Positions 25,666-40,029 of a DNA stretch of 64,000 nt are shown here, in pieces; the first letter of the stretch is position 1; each line of letters starts with the position of its first letter. A program made the translations under genes and the position numbers. The notes under the pieces were generated by a model, which was given only the letters and a program-made list of their open reading frames with translations, made no database searches and was not told the DNA's origin. The DNA is from Octopus vulgaris (taxonomy: Eukaryota). The stretch is from assembly GCA_951406725.2 (NCBI GenBank), contig OX597821.1:112902001-112966000 (forward strand), given 5' to 3'.

Positions 25666-26394
25666 TTTAATTTATGGAAATTATGAAATTATAATGTGAA
25701 CTAAACGGGAAAACAGTTTTCATGCTGCCCTGTGACAGTGAAGTGCATTGTTAAAATGGGGTTCAGACTGTAGCTATTAGCCAAAATTGTGTAACTATGA
25801 CAAATTGGCTAGACCGTAGCAAACTTTATAAACAGAGATAAATTTTATACCCCCACCTCCACCCCTCATTTTTTTGTGACTGTTTATTCTGTGAGATAAA
25901 GTTGTTCAATTGGATTCTGGAAGTTATGATTTCCCGTTTAGTTTATGCACTTTGTGCTTTGTGTTAGGCATTTATGGATTTATTTTATGCTCCAGGAATT
26001 CGCCAGAACTTTTGTCAGATTTTAAATAATTTCTGTGTCACACCTGGGTGAGTACAAAAAAAATCTCTTCAGTTATGTTATAATATTTATGTGAATTCTG
26101 AACCCTGCATTTGTGGGTGGCAGGTTGTGTAGTAATTTTGCTAGCTATTTTCTGTTAAGATAAATCTTTAAATGTGTATAAATAGCCAAAGGGTGTATGA
26201 ATTTAAATTTTTCATGTAGTCAATTTTTGTATTAGACAACTAACTGTAAATTTTGTCTAAATGTTTGTTTACTCAGCATGCTTGTATGAAGCAGTTTTGT
26301 GTGAATTTAAAGCAAACTAACTTTTTGTTTGACTATTTAATTTTTTAACTATAATTATTGATGTAGTCTGGCAGCCGTTTTGTGTCATGAACTT

Positions 26395-26738
26395 TTAGTT
26401 TAATTGGTTGCTTTGACGTTAGATTTAATTATGTTTAGGTCCAAGGTTCGAAATCCAAGGTTGAACACCGAATTTGTGAAGACAGATTGTATTAAGTTAA
26501 GGTTCAAAATCCACTGTCGAAATCCGAGGTTCGAAAACCGAATTTCTACTAAAATGGAAATCCGAATTAGTTTAATTGGTTGCTTTGACGTTAGATTTAA
26601 TTATGTTAAGGTCCAAGGTTCGAAATCCAAGGTTGAACACCGAATTTGTGAAGACACATTGTATTAAGTCAAGGTTCGAAATCCACTGTCGAAATCCGAG
26701 GTTCGAAAACCGAATTTCTACTAAAATGGAAATTCGAA
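26395..26738. repeat. Two-copy 172-bp tandem repeat with internal GGTTCGAAATCC subrepeats
   Basis: TAGTTTAATTGGTTGCTTTGACGTTAG at 26396 and 26568. Confidence 0.9.
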
Positions 26739-27050
26739 TTTTATGAAATCCAAAATTTTTGGAATGCATATTTTTGAAAAACCAAATTTCTGTGAGGCCA
26801 ATTTTGGTAAAACCAAAAACTGGGATACGGAGTTCGAATTTCTGAACTGTGTATAAATGTTAGCCTTGTAACTTTTGACTACACATCTGGTGTAGCATTT
26901 GCTGTTTGTTCGTGTATATATTTGTTTGTAAGCTGTTTTTATGCTGCCTATTAATAATATTTTACAAAAAAATTCAGGGTGTGGTGTTGTTTTGAATTCA
27001 CTCTGTCCACGTTGATTCTGTGAATTCGGGTTATGGCCACCAGGTCGTAA

Positions 27051-27713
<663 letters not shown>

Positions 27714-27734
27714 TATATATATATACATATACAT

Positions 27735-28633
27735 ACTACATATGCTACGTAGGTCGGAAATTATGTCTGTGGGTGTGTTTGTGGAGTTGTTAGCTAACTC
27801 CTCCTACACCGTTTTATCGATTTTGATGAAACTTGACACTTGAGTATAACTCATGTCTGGAACCCTCATGGCATACTCGGATTGTTGAAAGCAATCGATA
27901 ATAGGGCCCCTGGAAGGGATCCTTATATATATATATCTAATATATTTTGTTTTAAAAACCAAGGGAAATAACCCATTCGCCGCTGGAAGGGATCCTTACA
28001 TATAACTAAATTATTTCGTAAAAATGAAATTCAGTATGCTTATTTCTTAGTATTTCAACTGTTAGATTTACTTTCACAATTTATTCAGTACAACCATTAA
28101 ACAAATAAAAAGTATTTTCCTAAACAACAGATCTACTTATTTCGGTTAGTAACTTATTTACGAATATACCAACACTAACGCCCCTGAGGATAATATTCTC
28201 TGGGAACGCAAAAAAGCCCTTTTCAGAGTTATTTACTTTAAATTGTTATTATTTCATATCTGATTAGCCTGTTATTACGTAACATGCTTCACGATTTTAG
28301 TATACATACCTTATTAGTATTTCCTCCTATGTTCTATATACTCTGGGAACGTATTAAAGCCCTTTTCGGGGATACTTCATTTGAATTCTTACTATTGGAT
28401 AACTAATTTCATGTTATTACATAACTAATTTCACAATTTGGGTATTCATAACTTATTGGGAATTCCTAAAAACAAGATCCTGTGTAAGACAGTTCGGTAT
28501 TCTCTGCAAATGCACAAAACCGTTTTAAGGGCTACATTCTTTGTATTGTTGTTATTGGATTAGCGAAACAATTATGAAAACGGAACCAAAACTTAAGCCC
28601 CGCTACCCGAGAATTGCCGGGTACACCAGCTAG
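27735..28633 (+). mobile_element. Non-autonomous Helitron/Helentron-like element
   Basis: 3' hairpin TACCCG (28604-28609) / CGGGTA (28618-28623), then CTAG (28630-28633) followed by T; internal ~145-150-bp degenerate repeats. 5' boundary approximate. Confidence 0.6.
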
Positions 28634-28830
28634 TATTTACACACACACGCACACACACACATACATATGTATATATATGTGTGGTGTGTGTGTATGTATG
28701 TATACGTGTTTGTGTGTCTATGTGTATACATATATATATATTTCGGTGCGAATGTTTTTTTTTATACGGTGCCGAGTTTACAATCCTGTAAATAGTAATA
28801 ATGTTATATATATATATGTGTGTATGTATG

Positions 28831-28863
<33 letters not shown>

Positions 28864-30393
28864 GTATGTACAGATATATGTACACACACATACATTCACT
28901 CGTGTGCGCCTGCAGGCATATATTATGACCAGGCGCAAATCATCTCCTATAATTGTTTATATGATCTTTCCTATAATTTTCTCACGGACATTTTTTTCGA
29001 ATAACATTACCACATAGTTTTCGAATACAAACATATCAAACCAGTAATTATCATCTGTCAATTTTAGCCTGTTTCATCATCCGATATTTTCGTGAATATT
29101 TTCGTGTCTCAGTTATTTCATTGGTGGTCAATTCGCCGAGTAGGTGGAGTCCTCAGCGCGGTGCACAAACTGCTTAGCGGCCTTTCCTCCGGATCTTTCC
29201 CTTCTGGGTTCAAATTCTGTCCAAGTCGATTTTTGCTGTCGATCTTTTCAGTGTTGATAAAATAATTAGACGCAGGAGTGGCTGTGTGGTAAGAAGCTTG
29301 CTTCCTGCGCATGCGTTGGTCAGTGTTTTCTTTGCACTGCTGGGAGTCAATACACCTACGTCGGCGGGCGTTGGCTGCTTCCCCCATCAACCTTCTCTTT
29401 TTCATTCCATCATCATCCTTATGTTTGTGTCCAGCCCGCATCTGTATTATGCCTTTATGACATATGTAATAAAATAAAAACGCCTGCTTGCCAACCGCAT
29501 GGTTCTGGGTTCAGTCCCACTGCGTGGCACCTTGGGCAAGTGTCTTCTACTATAGCCTCAGGCCGACCAAAGCCTTGTGAGTGGATTTGTTAGACAGAAA
29601 CTGAGAGAAGCCCGTGGTCGTGACTTCTGGGACTCGATTGATGAAAGAAAGCCTAGAATGACCTCGTCTTTTTTTTTTTTTTTTTGCCTGTCCTTCTAAT
29701 TGTTGTTTCTCTTGTCCGCCTTTGTATCATATATATTTAGTCGAATGAATTGACCCCAACACTTATATTCTCTTAATCCTGGTGCTTATTCTATCGGTCT
29801 CACTTTGCCGAACCACAAAGTTACAGGGACGTAAGCACACTAACACCAGTTGCCAGTGGAAATGGATGCGTGGCGTTGAATCAAATAATATATAGCAAAT
29901 AAATAATAGTTTAAAGTAATTTTCTTTTCTTGTGCCACAAACCATTTACCATTTCTGTGGTACCCCCGCCTTCCCTTGATGCCCTAAGCACGTGCTTATT
30001 TTGCTTAATGTTTAATCCATGCCTCCTCCCTTTCTCCTTGTCTATGAGGCCCTGTTAAGTGTCAAGGCCACTGCTTTCCCTCCTAACTACGAGATACAGA
30101 ACGCCTGTATGAAGTGAAATTATCATTTCACACAGGCGTTCATTTTTGTCACCCATTATACTCTGCGTTGTTATTTTTACGCTGCGCTAAATTCTCAAAT
30201 CTGCCTTGATCAACATAATTAACGTAATTAAAATAATTTTCTTACTCGAATTATTGTTATTGTTATCTGCTCTTTATCTTTGGAATCACTTTATTCTTTT
30301 ACAGTGCAAACGGTCGTTTTATGTACGTTACGCACCCTGTCGATCTCAAAGAAGGAACTCCTTATTAGATAACAATGGAATTAATAGCAAATA

Positions 30394-30470
<77 letters not shown>

Positions 30471-30532
30471 GCTCTCTCTCTCTCTCTGTGCCGCTCTCTC
30501 TCTCTCTCTGCAGGTCTCTCCTTCTCTGCAGC

Positions 30533-30599
<67 letters not shown>

Positions 30600-30939
30600 C
30601 TTTCAATGGTTGCTCTGTCTGCTAGAAATATCAACCTAAGAATTCACGGCTGCGTTCGAATAAATGGGGTCATATGACCAACAAATTTCAATTCCGTTGG
30701 TGAGATTAATAGTTTAAAATGGCGGAAAATTATTTGGAAAATTTTGTACAAAACTTGTCGAAAAACCATCAGAATACACGGGGATATTACCATTTAGTAA
30801 CGTGAGTGTTCACAGCTGCGTTCGAGTAGAAGAAATCATATGACCAGATAAATTCAATGCTGTTGGGGCACTTAATATGCCGACAAATTCTTTTGATGGT
30901 TTTATACAAAATCTGTCAAAACATATGATATTACACGGA

Positions 30940-30990
30940 AATTACCGTTGTCGATTGAAGAAATCGGCAGTGCCCATGATCTTTCTGGGA
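30940..30990 (+). pseudogene. Possible THAP-domain remnant from a DNA transposon
   Basis: RLKKSAVPMIF resembles the THAP C-terminal AVPTIF box; the C2CH residues are not identifiable. Confidence 0.35.
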
Positions 30991-32001
30991 GTCTCCAAGA
31001 CCGACGAGGAGGAAAGGAAGGCGTTTTCCCCCGACCGAAGACCTAGCTTGAATCCTTGCAAGAGAGCGGACTTCATTAAAAGTACCGAAAGACCGAGCAA
31101 TAGTTTTAACCCGGGTCGGAGATTAAATCTAACAAGCCAAAAGGGGAACAGTCTATCCAATGGATTAAATTTACTTCTCCCAGCTAAGTCCAACTCAGGA
31201 TTTGTGGTAGAATTCATTTGCCTACAATGCCCTGCATGGCTTTTTTTTTTCCTTTTCAACCTAAAACCATGCAGTTATGAAACGAACTTCTTAACTACAC
31301 CCAACGCAAGTTTTCTACTAACCGTCTTTTAATAAAAAACCAAACGTAAATGTTCTTAATTCACCGCTCTCCAGGCAAGGAAGGAAGTTGTTGAGAAGGG
31401 CTTTCCATGTTCTTCAGGTCATACTTAAACCTGCTCTGTTATTTTTGTCACTAATCCTTCGGGTCAATAAAGGAGCCTCTACACCAGGGATCCCCAACTA
31501 TCGGATCATGGATCATTTAGCATCGGGCCGCACTGACAGAATATTTTTTTAAATTATGAATCATGTTACACACACACACACACATATACATATATCGGTC
31601 TCATATTTTGGCACAAGGCCAGCAATTTCGAGGTAGGCGATAAGTCGATTAGACCGACTCCAGTGCTCAATTCGTACTTATTTTATCGATCCCGAAAGGA
31701 TGAAAGGCAAAATAAACCTCGGCGGAATTGTTGTATTATACATATTACAATGTAATAGAACAATGTATATAATAGATTTGCATTTATGTATGTATTTAGG
31801 CGGTGAAGTTGCAGAGTGGTTACCGCGCCGGGCAAAAATGCGTAACAGCATTTCGTTTGTCTATACATTCTGAGTACAAGTTCCGCCAAAGTCGACTTTG
31901 GACCGATAAAATAAGTACCAGTTATGCACTGGGGTCGAGTCGAGATAATCGACTAATCCCCTCTTCTGAAATTGCTGGCCTTGTGTCGAAATTTGAAATC
32001 A

Positions 32002-32103
<102 letters not shown>

Positions 32104-32739
32104 CGCAAATGCTGCTGTGTGGTAAGAAGCTTGCTTCCCAACCACATGGTTCTGGGTTCAGTTCCACTGAGTGGCACTTTGGGCAAGTATCTTCTACTAT
32201 AGCCTCGGGCCGACCAAAGCCTTGTCAGTGGATTTGGTATATATATGGGGGGGGGGGGGTGTAATAATTAAATTTTGTTTTATGTGTTTCGTTGGTTTGT
32301 TCCCTCGGTCTGTGGAAAAATTGTCTGGCATGAAACCAAGCCACGGCGCAAAAGAAGTGTGGAGAGCACTGCGCCACATGATCCCCCAGCCTGCTAGAAA
32401 TAGAAACCTAATCTCCTTCAAATAACATTCTACCGTCTTAAATAAGGAACGGACACTTTAAATAATGTAGTCGAAGATACCCTCTAAAAATAGTGGATGG
32501 TCATGTCTAGAATGCCTTTCATCTCAAAATTAGTCGATCAACTTTCACTCGGGTAGCCAAACATCAACATAAACTGGTGTAATATAATCAATAATTTCAA
32601 GTTATTATATTCCAAGTTTCTCGCTCATTTCGATCTCTTTTCAAACGCCATGTTTGTTCGCTTCTGTTTGCATTGTTTGCAAATCATTCTCGATAACAAT
32701 TGAACACGTTGAATATCCTGGATATATATATGTGTGTAT

Positions 32740-33038
32740 GCGTATACATAATATAACATATATATATGCGTATGTATATATGTGTATGTGTGTGTGTAAT
32801 ATCGACATATAATGTATATATATATATATATATGTATATATATGTATATATATATATGTATATATATATATATGTATGCATATATATATGTATATATATG
32901 TATATATATATATGTATATATATGTATATATATGTGTGTATATATATATATGTATATATATGTGTGTATATATATATGTATATATATATGTATATATATA
33001 TGTATATGTATATATATATATGTATATATATATGTATT

Positions 33039-33088
<50 letters not shown>

Positions 33089-33122
33089 TGTATATGTATA
33101 TATATATATGTATATATATATG

Positions 33123-33195
<73 letters not shown>

Positions 33196-33456
33196 GTATA
33201 TATATATATGTATATATATATGTATATATATATGTATATATATATATGTGTGTATATATAAATGTATATATATATGTGTATATATATATGTGTATATATA
33301 TATATGTATATGTATATATATATATGTATATATATATGTATATATATATGTATATATATATATGTATATATGTATATACATATATGTATATATATATATA
33401 TGTGCGTGTATATATATATGTGTGTATATATATGTATGTATATATATATATGTATG

Positions 33457-33510
<54 letters not shown>
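32740..33510. repeat. Long interrupted (TA)n/(TATG) microsatellite
   Basis: About 770 bp of TA with periodic G interruptions. Confidence 0.95.
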
Positions 33511-33511
<1 letters not shown>

Positions 33512-34260
33512 TACTACACACATATGTATGAATGTATATAGACTGGACCCATCACACTTCGTGGCAACAAGAAGGTAAAGCATTCTGATGGTGCAATCGC
33601 TAGTTTCATCTTTTCACTTTATTGATTTCCGTTCCGATCAAATCAAATGCTTCCATCAAGAAAGATTCGAGTTTATAAGCACCTGCTGTATTCCGATTTT
33701 GTTGTGATATCTTTGTAGAATTTGATTAAGTACAAGGATCCATTATTTGGGCGGTGGGGAGATTTCATTCCGCTGAAATTTCATTTACGAGAAGTATTCT
33801 GTCTTTGAGAGATTTATGGGTGAACTTCCATAAACGAATTTATTCCTCCGCTTTAGCAAATACTTTCTGCAGTTTAGCACAAAGCTCTGTGATTAGCCAC
33901 AATATCAGGAATAATATAACTAATTCTACATTTCTCGGTAGAAATCTTCTAACACAGATTTCCATGCCTTATATGCTTTATTCTGATGGTAATCTTTGAG
34001 GAAGTGCATTCATGCATTTAATAATATAATTTTTGAAATTAGATTTTTTTCCTAAACGTAAACGTTAATGAAGATAAACATCATCATGTATTGCTGAAGC
34101 ATACAACAATGGCGTATAATTCTGAGTTTGCTAACTTAAAGAGGTCAGGAGAGATGATTTTGCCTGTCCACGATCACTTTTCTGCACTGCCATTCAACTC
34201 TTTCTCCTTTACTTCTCCCAAATCATGTATAATTTTTCATCCCTTACGCCCTCTCAACCC

Positions 34261-35308
34261 TTCTGCAGTTGTCACCTACACTTCCCTATCTTCTGCAGTT
34301 GTCACCTACACTTCCCTATCTTCTGCAGTTGTCACCTACACTTCCCTATCTTCTGCAGTTGTCACCTACACTTCCCTATCTTCTGCAGTTGTCACCTACA
34401 CTTCCCTATCTTCTGCAGTTGTCACCTACACCACACTTCCTATCTTCCAGTTGTATCTTCTGCAGTTGTCACCTACACTTCCCTATCTTCTGCAGTTGTC
34501 ACCTACATCTTCTTTGTCCCTACATATCTTCTGCAGTTGTCACCTACACTTCCCTATCTTCTGCAGTTGTCACCTACACTTCCCTATCTTCTGCAGTTGT
34601 CACCTACAATTCCCTATCTTCTGCAGTTGTCACCTACACTTCCCTATCTTCTGCAGTTGTCACCTACACTTCCCTATCTTCTGCAGTTGTCACCTACACT
34701 TCCCTATCTTCTGCAGTTGTCACCTACACTTCCCTATCTTCTGCAGTTGTCACCTATACTTCCCTATCTTCTGCAGTTGTCACCTACACTTCCCTATCTT
34801 CTGCAGTTGTCACCTACACTTCCCTATCTTCTGCAGTTGTCACCTACACTTCCCTATCTTCTGCAGTTGTCACCTACACTTCCCTATCTTCTGCAGTTGT
34901 CACCTACACTTCCCTATCTTCTGCAGTTGTCACCTACACTTCCCTATCTTCTGCAGTTGTCACCTACACTTCCCTATCTTCTGCAGTTGTCACCTACACT
35001 TCCCTATCTTCTGCAGTTGTCACCTACACTTCCCTATCTTCTGCAGTTGTCACCTACACTTCCCTATCTTCTGCAGTTGTCACCTACACTTCCCTATCTT
35101 CTGCAGTTGTCACCTACACTTCCCTATCTTCTGCAGTTGTCACCTACACTTCCCTATCTTCTGCAGTTGTCACCTACACTTCCCTATCTTCTGCAGTTGT
35201 CACCTACACTTCCCTATCTTCTGCAGTTGTCACCTACACTCCCCTATCTTCTGCAGTTGTCACCTACACTTCCCTATCTTCTGCAGTTGTCACCTACACT
35301 CCCCTATC
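34261..35308. repeat. 30-bp minisatellite TTCTGCAGTTGTCACCTACACTTCCCTATC, about 35 copies
   Basis: Near-identical head-to-tail units; irregular junctions at ~34430-34530. Confidence 0.97.
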
Positions 35309-35925
35309 TACTACATTTATCAACTACTCGTCGCTATCTTCTCTACTTATCATCTCTTAAGATTTGTTCTTTATTGCATCCACTCTCCCACCTATTCCAT
35401 AGCTCTAACTATATTCTTACTCTCATACACTTTTGCAAACTCTACCACCACTGTCACCACCCCACTTCTCCTGTCCCTTCTCTTTTCTACTGACCCCGTA
35501 CCTTGAGGATTCACTCTGACACCCCGTCAGTAGTCTTATCTCTCCCCAGCTCTACCCTAATCACTCCTACTTTCTCTTCTACAATATGAGTTACCATGTA
35601 GCTTCTCTGCAGCAAGCAATTTCTCTTTTGGTCCCTTCTTTCTCACTTTCACTCTTTATCTCTGAGCATAATGCCACCTCTCTCTACTGTGGCCCCCACT
35701 CAATTGAAGGGGATCCTAGTTTGGCAGGCTGCGTGGTGACCTCACAAGTATTGAAGCCACGAGAAAAGAGCTCCCAGTACACACTATGTAAAGTGGTTGC
35801 CGTTAGGAAGGGCATCCAACTGTAGAAACCATATCAAAGCAGACATTAGAGCACGGTGCAATCTTCGGACCCGTCAGATCCTGTCAAACAGTCCGACACA
35901 TATAAGCATCAGACAGGGACGTTAA

Positions 35926-36000
35926 ATGATGATGATGATGATGACGACGACGACGACAACGATGAAGATGGTGATGATTATGATTATGATGACGACAACA

Positions 36001-36040
<40 letters not shown>

Positions 36041-36350
36041 CGACGATGATGAAGATGATGATGACGACGATTGTGATGATGATGATGACGACGATGATGA
36101 AGATGGTGATGATGATGACGACGATTGTGATGATGATGATGATGACGACGACGGTAATGATGAAGATGATGATGACGACGATGGCAACGATGAAGATGGT
36201 GATGATGATGATGTCGACGATGACGGTAATGATGAAGATGATGATGATGATGACGTCGATGGCAACGATGAAGATGGTGATGATGATGATGATGATGATG
36301 ATGACCGTGATGATGAAGATGATGATGATGACGACGGCGCGATGATGATG
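35926..36350. repeat. Compound (GAT/GAC)n expansion after a degenerate RTE-type SINE tail
   Basis: Preceded by GTGGTTGCCGTTAGGAAGGGCATCCA...GACGTTAAATGATGAT. Confidence 0.85.
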
Positions 36351-37246
36351 AGGAGGGGGAGGAGGAGGGGAGGATTGTAGATATCGTCCAACGTGCCAAT
36401 GATGAAGGCGTGGCTACTTGTCCTAGAAAGTGGAAACAACAAGCAAGCAAATCAACCTTACATCACATCATGCTGATATAAAAAGAGAAGAAATTTATAA
36501 ATTCGATATATTATGCAATATATAATGAGTGTAGAAGACATTAATACAGACGTGATGGTCACGACTGGACCACTGTTAGATCATGCAACACTAAAGGGGC
36601 TTAACAACAAGAGCGAAAACAACAGCACCGACAACAACAACATCAGCAACAACTACAACAGCAACAATAATAACAAGAACGAGAACAGCAACAGCAACAA
36701 TAATAACAAGAACGAGAACAACAACAGCACTGCAGCAGCCGCGGCACCATCTTGGAAAATAACGGCATATTTCGAAAAACTGGTATTTCTCACAGCTGGG
36801 TGGAATAAGGTATATCTCTAATTCAGTTATTCTGTAGAGAGACGCAAGCACAAAGCCGGCAGCCAAAATGAACTGAAAGGCCCCGTGATCTGTTAATCCA
36901 ATAACGCCCCACGACCATTTTCTGCCAGTCTGCAAGAATCTACTTCAAAAAAATCAATAGTGAAGACGAGTTACATCAACACAGTTGTGCGGTTTGCTTT
37001 CTGCAACTGAATAACAAGATCAAAGAATTCCATACAGACACACATACACACACATATATACAAACATACACATACATACATACATGCATACACGCATATG
37101 TGTATGTGTGTTAGTATAGTTACTATTCTGATCTCTTCTTGAGATTTTTAAACTAGCTATATATATATATATATATACAGACATACATATATATATATAT
37201 ATCTATATATCTATATATATATACAGACATACATATATATATACAG

Positions 37247-37287
<41 letters not shown>

Positions 37288-37802
37288 GCATACATACATA
37301 TATAAACGCACAGACACACACATGTGTGTGTGTGTGTGTGTTTCTTTAAGTCACAATATAAAGATTCAAGTAATCCGGTTATACTCAAAAAAGCTATTTA
37401 TTTGCTATTTATAACTATATATATATATAATTCTTTTATTCTTTTCTTTGTTTCAGTCATTTGATTGCGGCCATGCAGAAGCATCGCCTTTTAGTCGAAG
37501 TAACCGACCCCAGGACTTATTCTTTGTAAGCCTGGTACTTATTCTATTGGTCTCTTTTGCCAAACCGCTAAGTTACGGGGACGGAATAACACCAACACCC
37601 GTTGTCAAGCGACGGTGGGGGACAAACACACACACAAACACAAACATATATATATGTACGACGTGCTTCTTTCAATTTCCGTCTACCAAATCCTCTCTCA
37701 AGGCTACAGTAGAAGACACTTGCCCAAGGTGCCACACCGTGGGACTGAAACCCGAACCATGTGGTTGGGAAGCAAGCTTCTTACCACACAGCTACGCCTG
37801 AT

Positions 37803-37848
<46 letters not shown>

Positions 37849-38643
37849 TATACATCCATACACATACATATTTATAAATGTATATGTATCTACACATATG
37901 TGTATGTATGTATGTATGTATGTATGTATGTATGTATGTATCTATGTATGTATGTATGTATGTATGTATGTATCTATGTATGTATGTATGTATGCGGGTG
38001 TATTAAAAAAAATGAACCAAAGAAAATAACTGAAAATGGCAAATGGCGAATAAGCATAGTTAAATGCAGGCGCATCAAATATCATACAACGTAAGTTTTA
38101 TTGCAACAACGGCACCTCCAATAGCTGGACCACGAACACTGCATGTTATTTGGAAGCATCCAAAACACCCCACTCACTATTTAGACACAAGGACGAGTTC
38201 ATCTTCGTCTCTAAGATATTTGCAAGGGAGATATGAAGTGTTGTAATATGTCTAGAAAGGCGGCGATCTGCAGAAGCGTTAGCAGTATAAGAAGCCAGTA
38301 GAATAAGTACCAGGGTTAACAAATAAGTACTGGGGTCGATTTGTTCGACTAAACCCGACAAGGTTGTGCGCTAGTATGACTGAAACACATAAGAGATAAA
38401 TGACATTTGTGTGTGTGTGTGTGCATGTATGCATATACATACATACATGCATCCATATATATACATGTGCCCGATGATTGTGCTTGGACACCAGATGAGT
38501 AAATAAAACACTGTCTGGCATGCTCTCAGTACATGAAACTAATAGTAGCATATAAATACACATATTGTGTTTATTAAATAATATTTATCTCTCACCAGAT
38601 GGAGTACTTTTAATTGTTGATCTTACCATCACGGAACAGTACA

Positions 38644-38683
<40 letters not shown>

Positions 38684-38854
38684 CCTTTAGACGGATTCAT
38701 TTTGTTATTCTCATTTCTCTTTACCTACGAAAACAGAAAACATCAAATTGCTATAAAACTCAAACTAGAATTTCGCCGTAATAGATATTCTAAATAATTT
38801 ATACACCGTATTTTTGATATGAGTAAATAATTAATATTTCATACACAACACAGT

Positions 38855-39470
38855 ATGTAGAACAAGTAGAAAGATATATATTTCCAACGCGTAAATATTT
38901 AACAGTATATATATATATATATATATATATAAAGGATAAAATCCTTTTAAGAGCGGGAAAATTTGCCTGCAACCAGAAGGAGTACTTTTTTTATTGTTGA
39001 TCTTACCATCACGGAACAGTACAACAACATGTGAATCGTTGGCGATTTTTTTCCTCCGTCTTCCTTTTCTCTTGGACTTTCCTCCGTTTCCTGCTAGTCG
39101 CCGGCAAATTTTTCTGCTCTTAAAAGGATATTATCCTTTATATATACCGTTCAGTATTTACGCGTTGGAAAAATATGTAGATCGACCGTGCGAAAGGAGA
39201 GGTGACGAATGGATGACTCCTTTATTACACCGCACGGTCGCTTACGATAAAGGCAAAAATGGATAAATGAGTATGAGTGCCAGAAGGAAAAGAAAGACGA
39301 CACATTGCGCCAATACCAACCAATCAGAGTAGTGGACTCAACAGGGTCCAAGCGGCCGAAGGCTAGCTGTTATCTGCTACGTCCGTACTCATGTATGTAT
39401 ATATAACAGAGAGAGAGAGATAATTTTACTCAGCGTACGCTACATATATATCTTTCTACTTGTTCTACAA
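38855..39470. mobile_element. Foldback/MITE-like element with segmented inverted repeats
   Basis: GTAGAACAAGTAGAAAGATATATA (~38857) vs reverse complement (~39445); TTTCCAACGCGTAAATA (38881) vs ~39155; CCTTTTAAGAGC.G.AAAATTTGCC (38943) vs ~39103. Confidence 0.6.
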
Positions 39471-40029
39471 TACATTTCAACGCTTCAAAAACAAATATAT
39501 GTTTGTTTATATATGGCGTAATGTTTATAACACAGTGTATATCTGAAGACTTGAAAAGATTTTAAGTAGTTAAGTCACAAACTTTAAATCTGTTAACCGT
39601 GAATAGACATAAATGCACCATTTTATTCTCTTTGCACACAGAAGAAAAAAAATTGCTTTCTCATATTTCAAGGTTCATCGACCACTTTTTTAGAACACAC
39701 ACATACACACACACCACTTCAGTCTTCTGACTACGAAGAGAACAGAGAACAGATAATAAAATCAGACACAAACTGGAACTTATCTAAAATGATTTGACTA
39801 ATTCCCATATATTACGTTTGTAGACAGACTGATTAAATAATTGATATAAATTTATGCGCAGCAATTAAAAATCGACGAAGTCATTAAATTATAGTTTGTA
39901 AGTCTTTCGCTGTGGCGCTTTTAAACAGTAGTAAATAGATCTTGTTATTCTCTTCGTAAAATGCGGCCAGTTTCAAATCTATAGCTTAACTATGTTGAAT
40001 TCATCTTACATTGCCATGTTGGTATGAAT

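Noticed and set aside
21543-27051. TGTTACGA...TCGTAACA as termini of a 5.5-kb element
   Set aside because: Only 8 bp match, no TSD, and the left motif lies inside another element.
34091-35506. Long ORFs or CRISPR-like array
   Set aside because: Direct 30-bp tandem units with no unique spacers and no cas genes; ORFs are a by-product of unit length.
35856-36380. Asp-rich or His-rich protein ORFs
   Set aside because: (GAT)n expansion from a SINE tail; no splice or signal-peptide support.
37993-38240. Possible mariner remnant (WKHPKHPTHYLD, faintly like HPPYSPDL)
   Set aside because: Too degenerate to support by eye.
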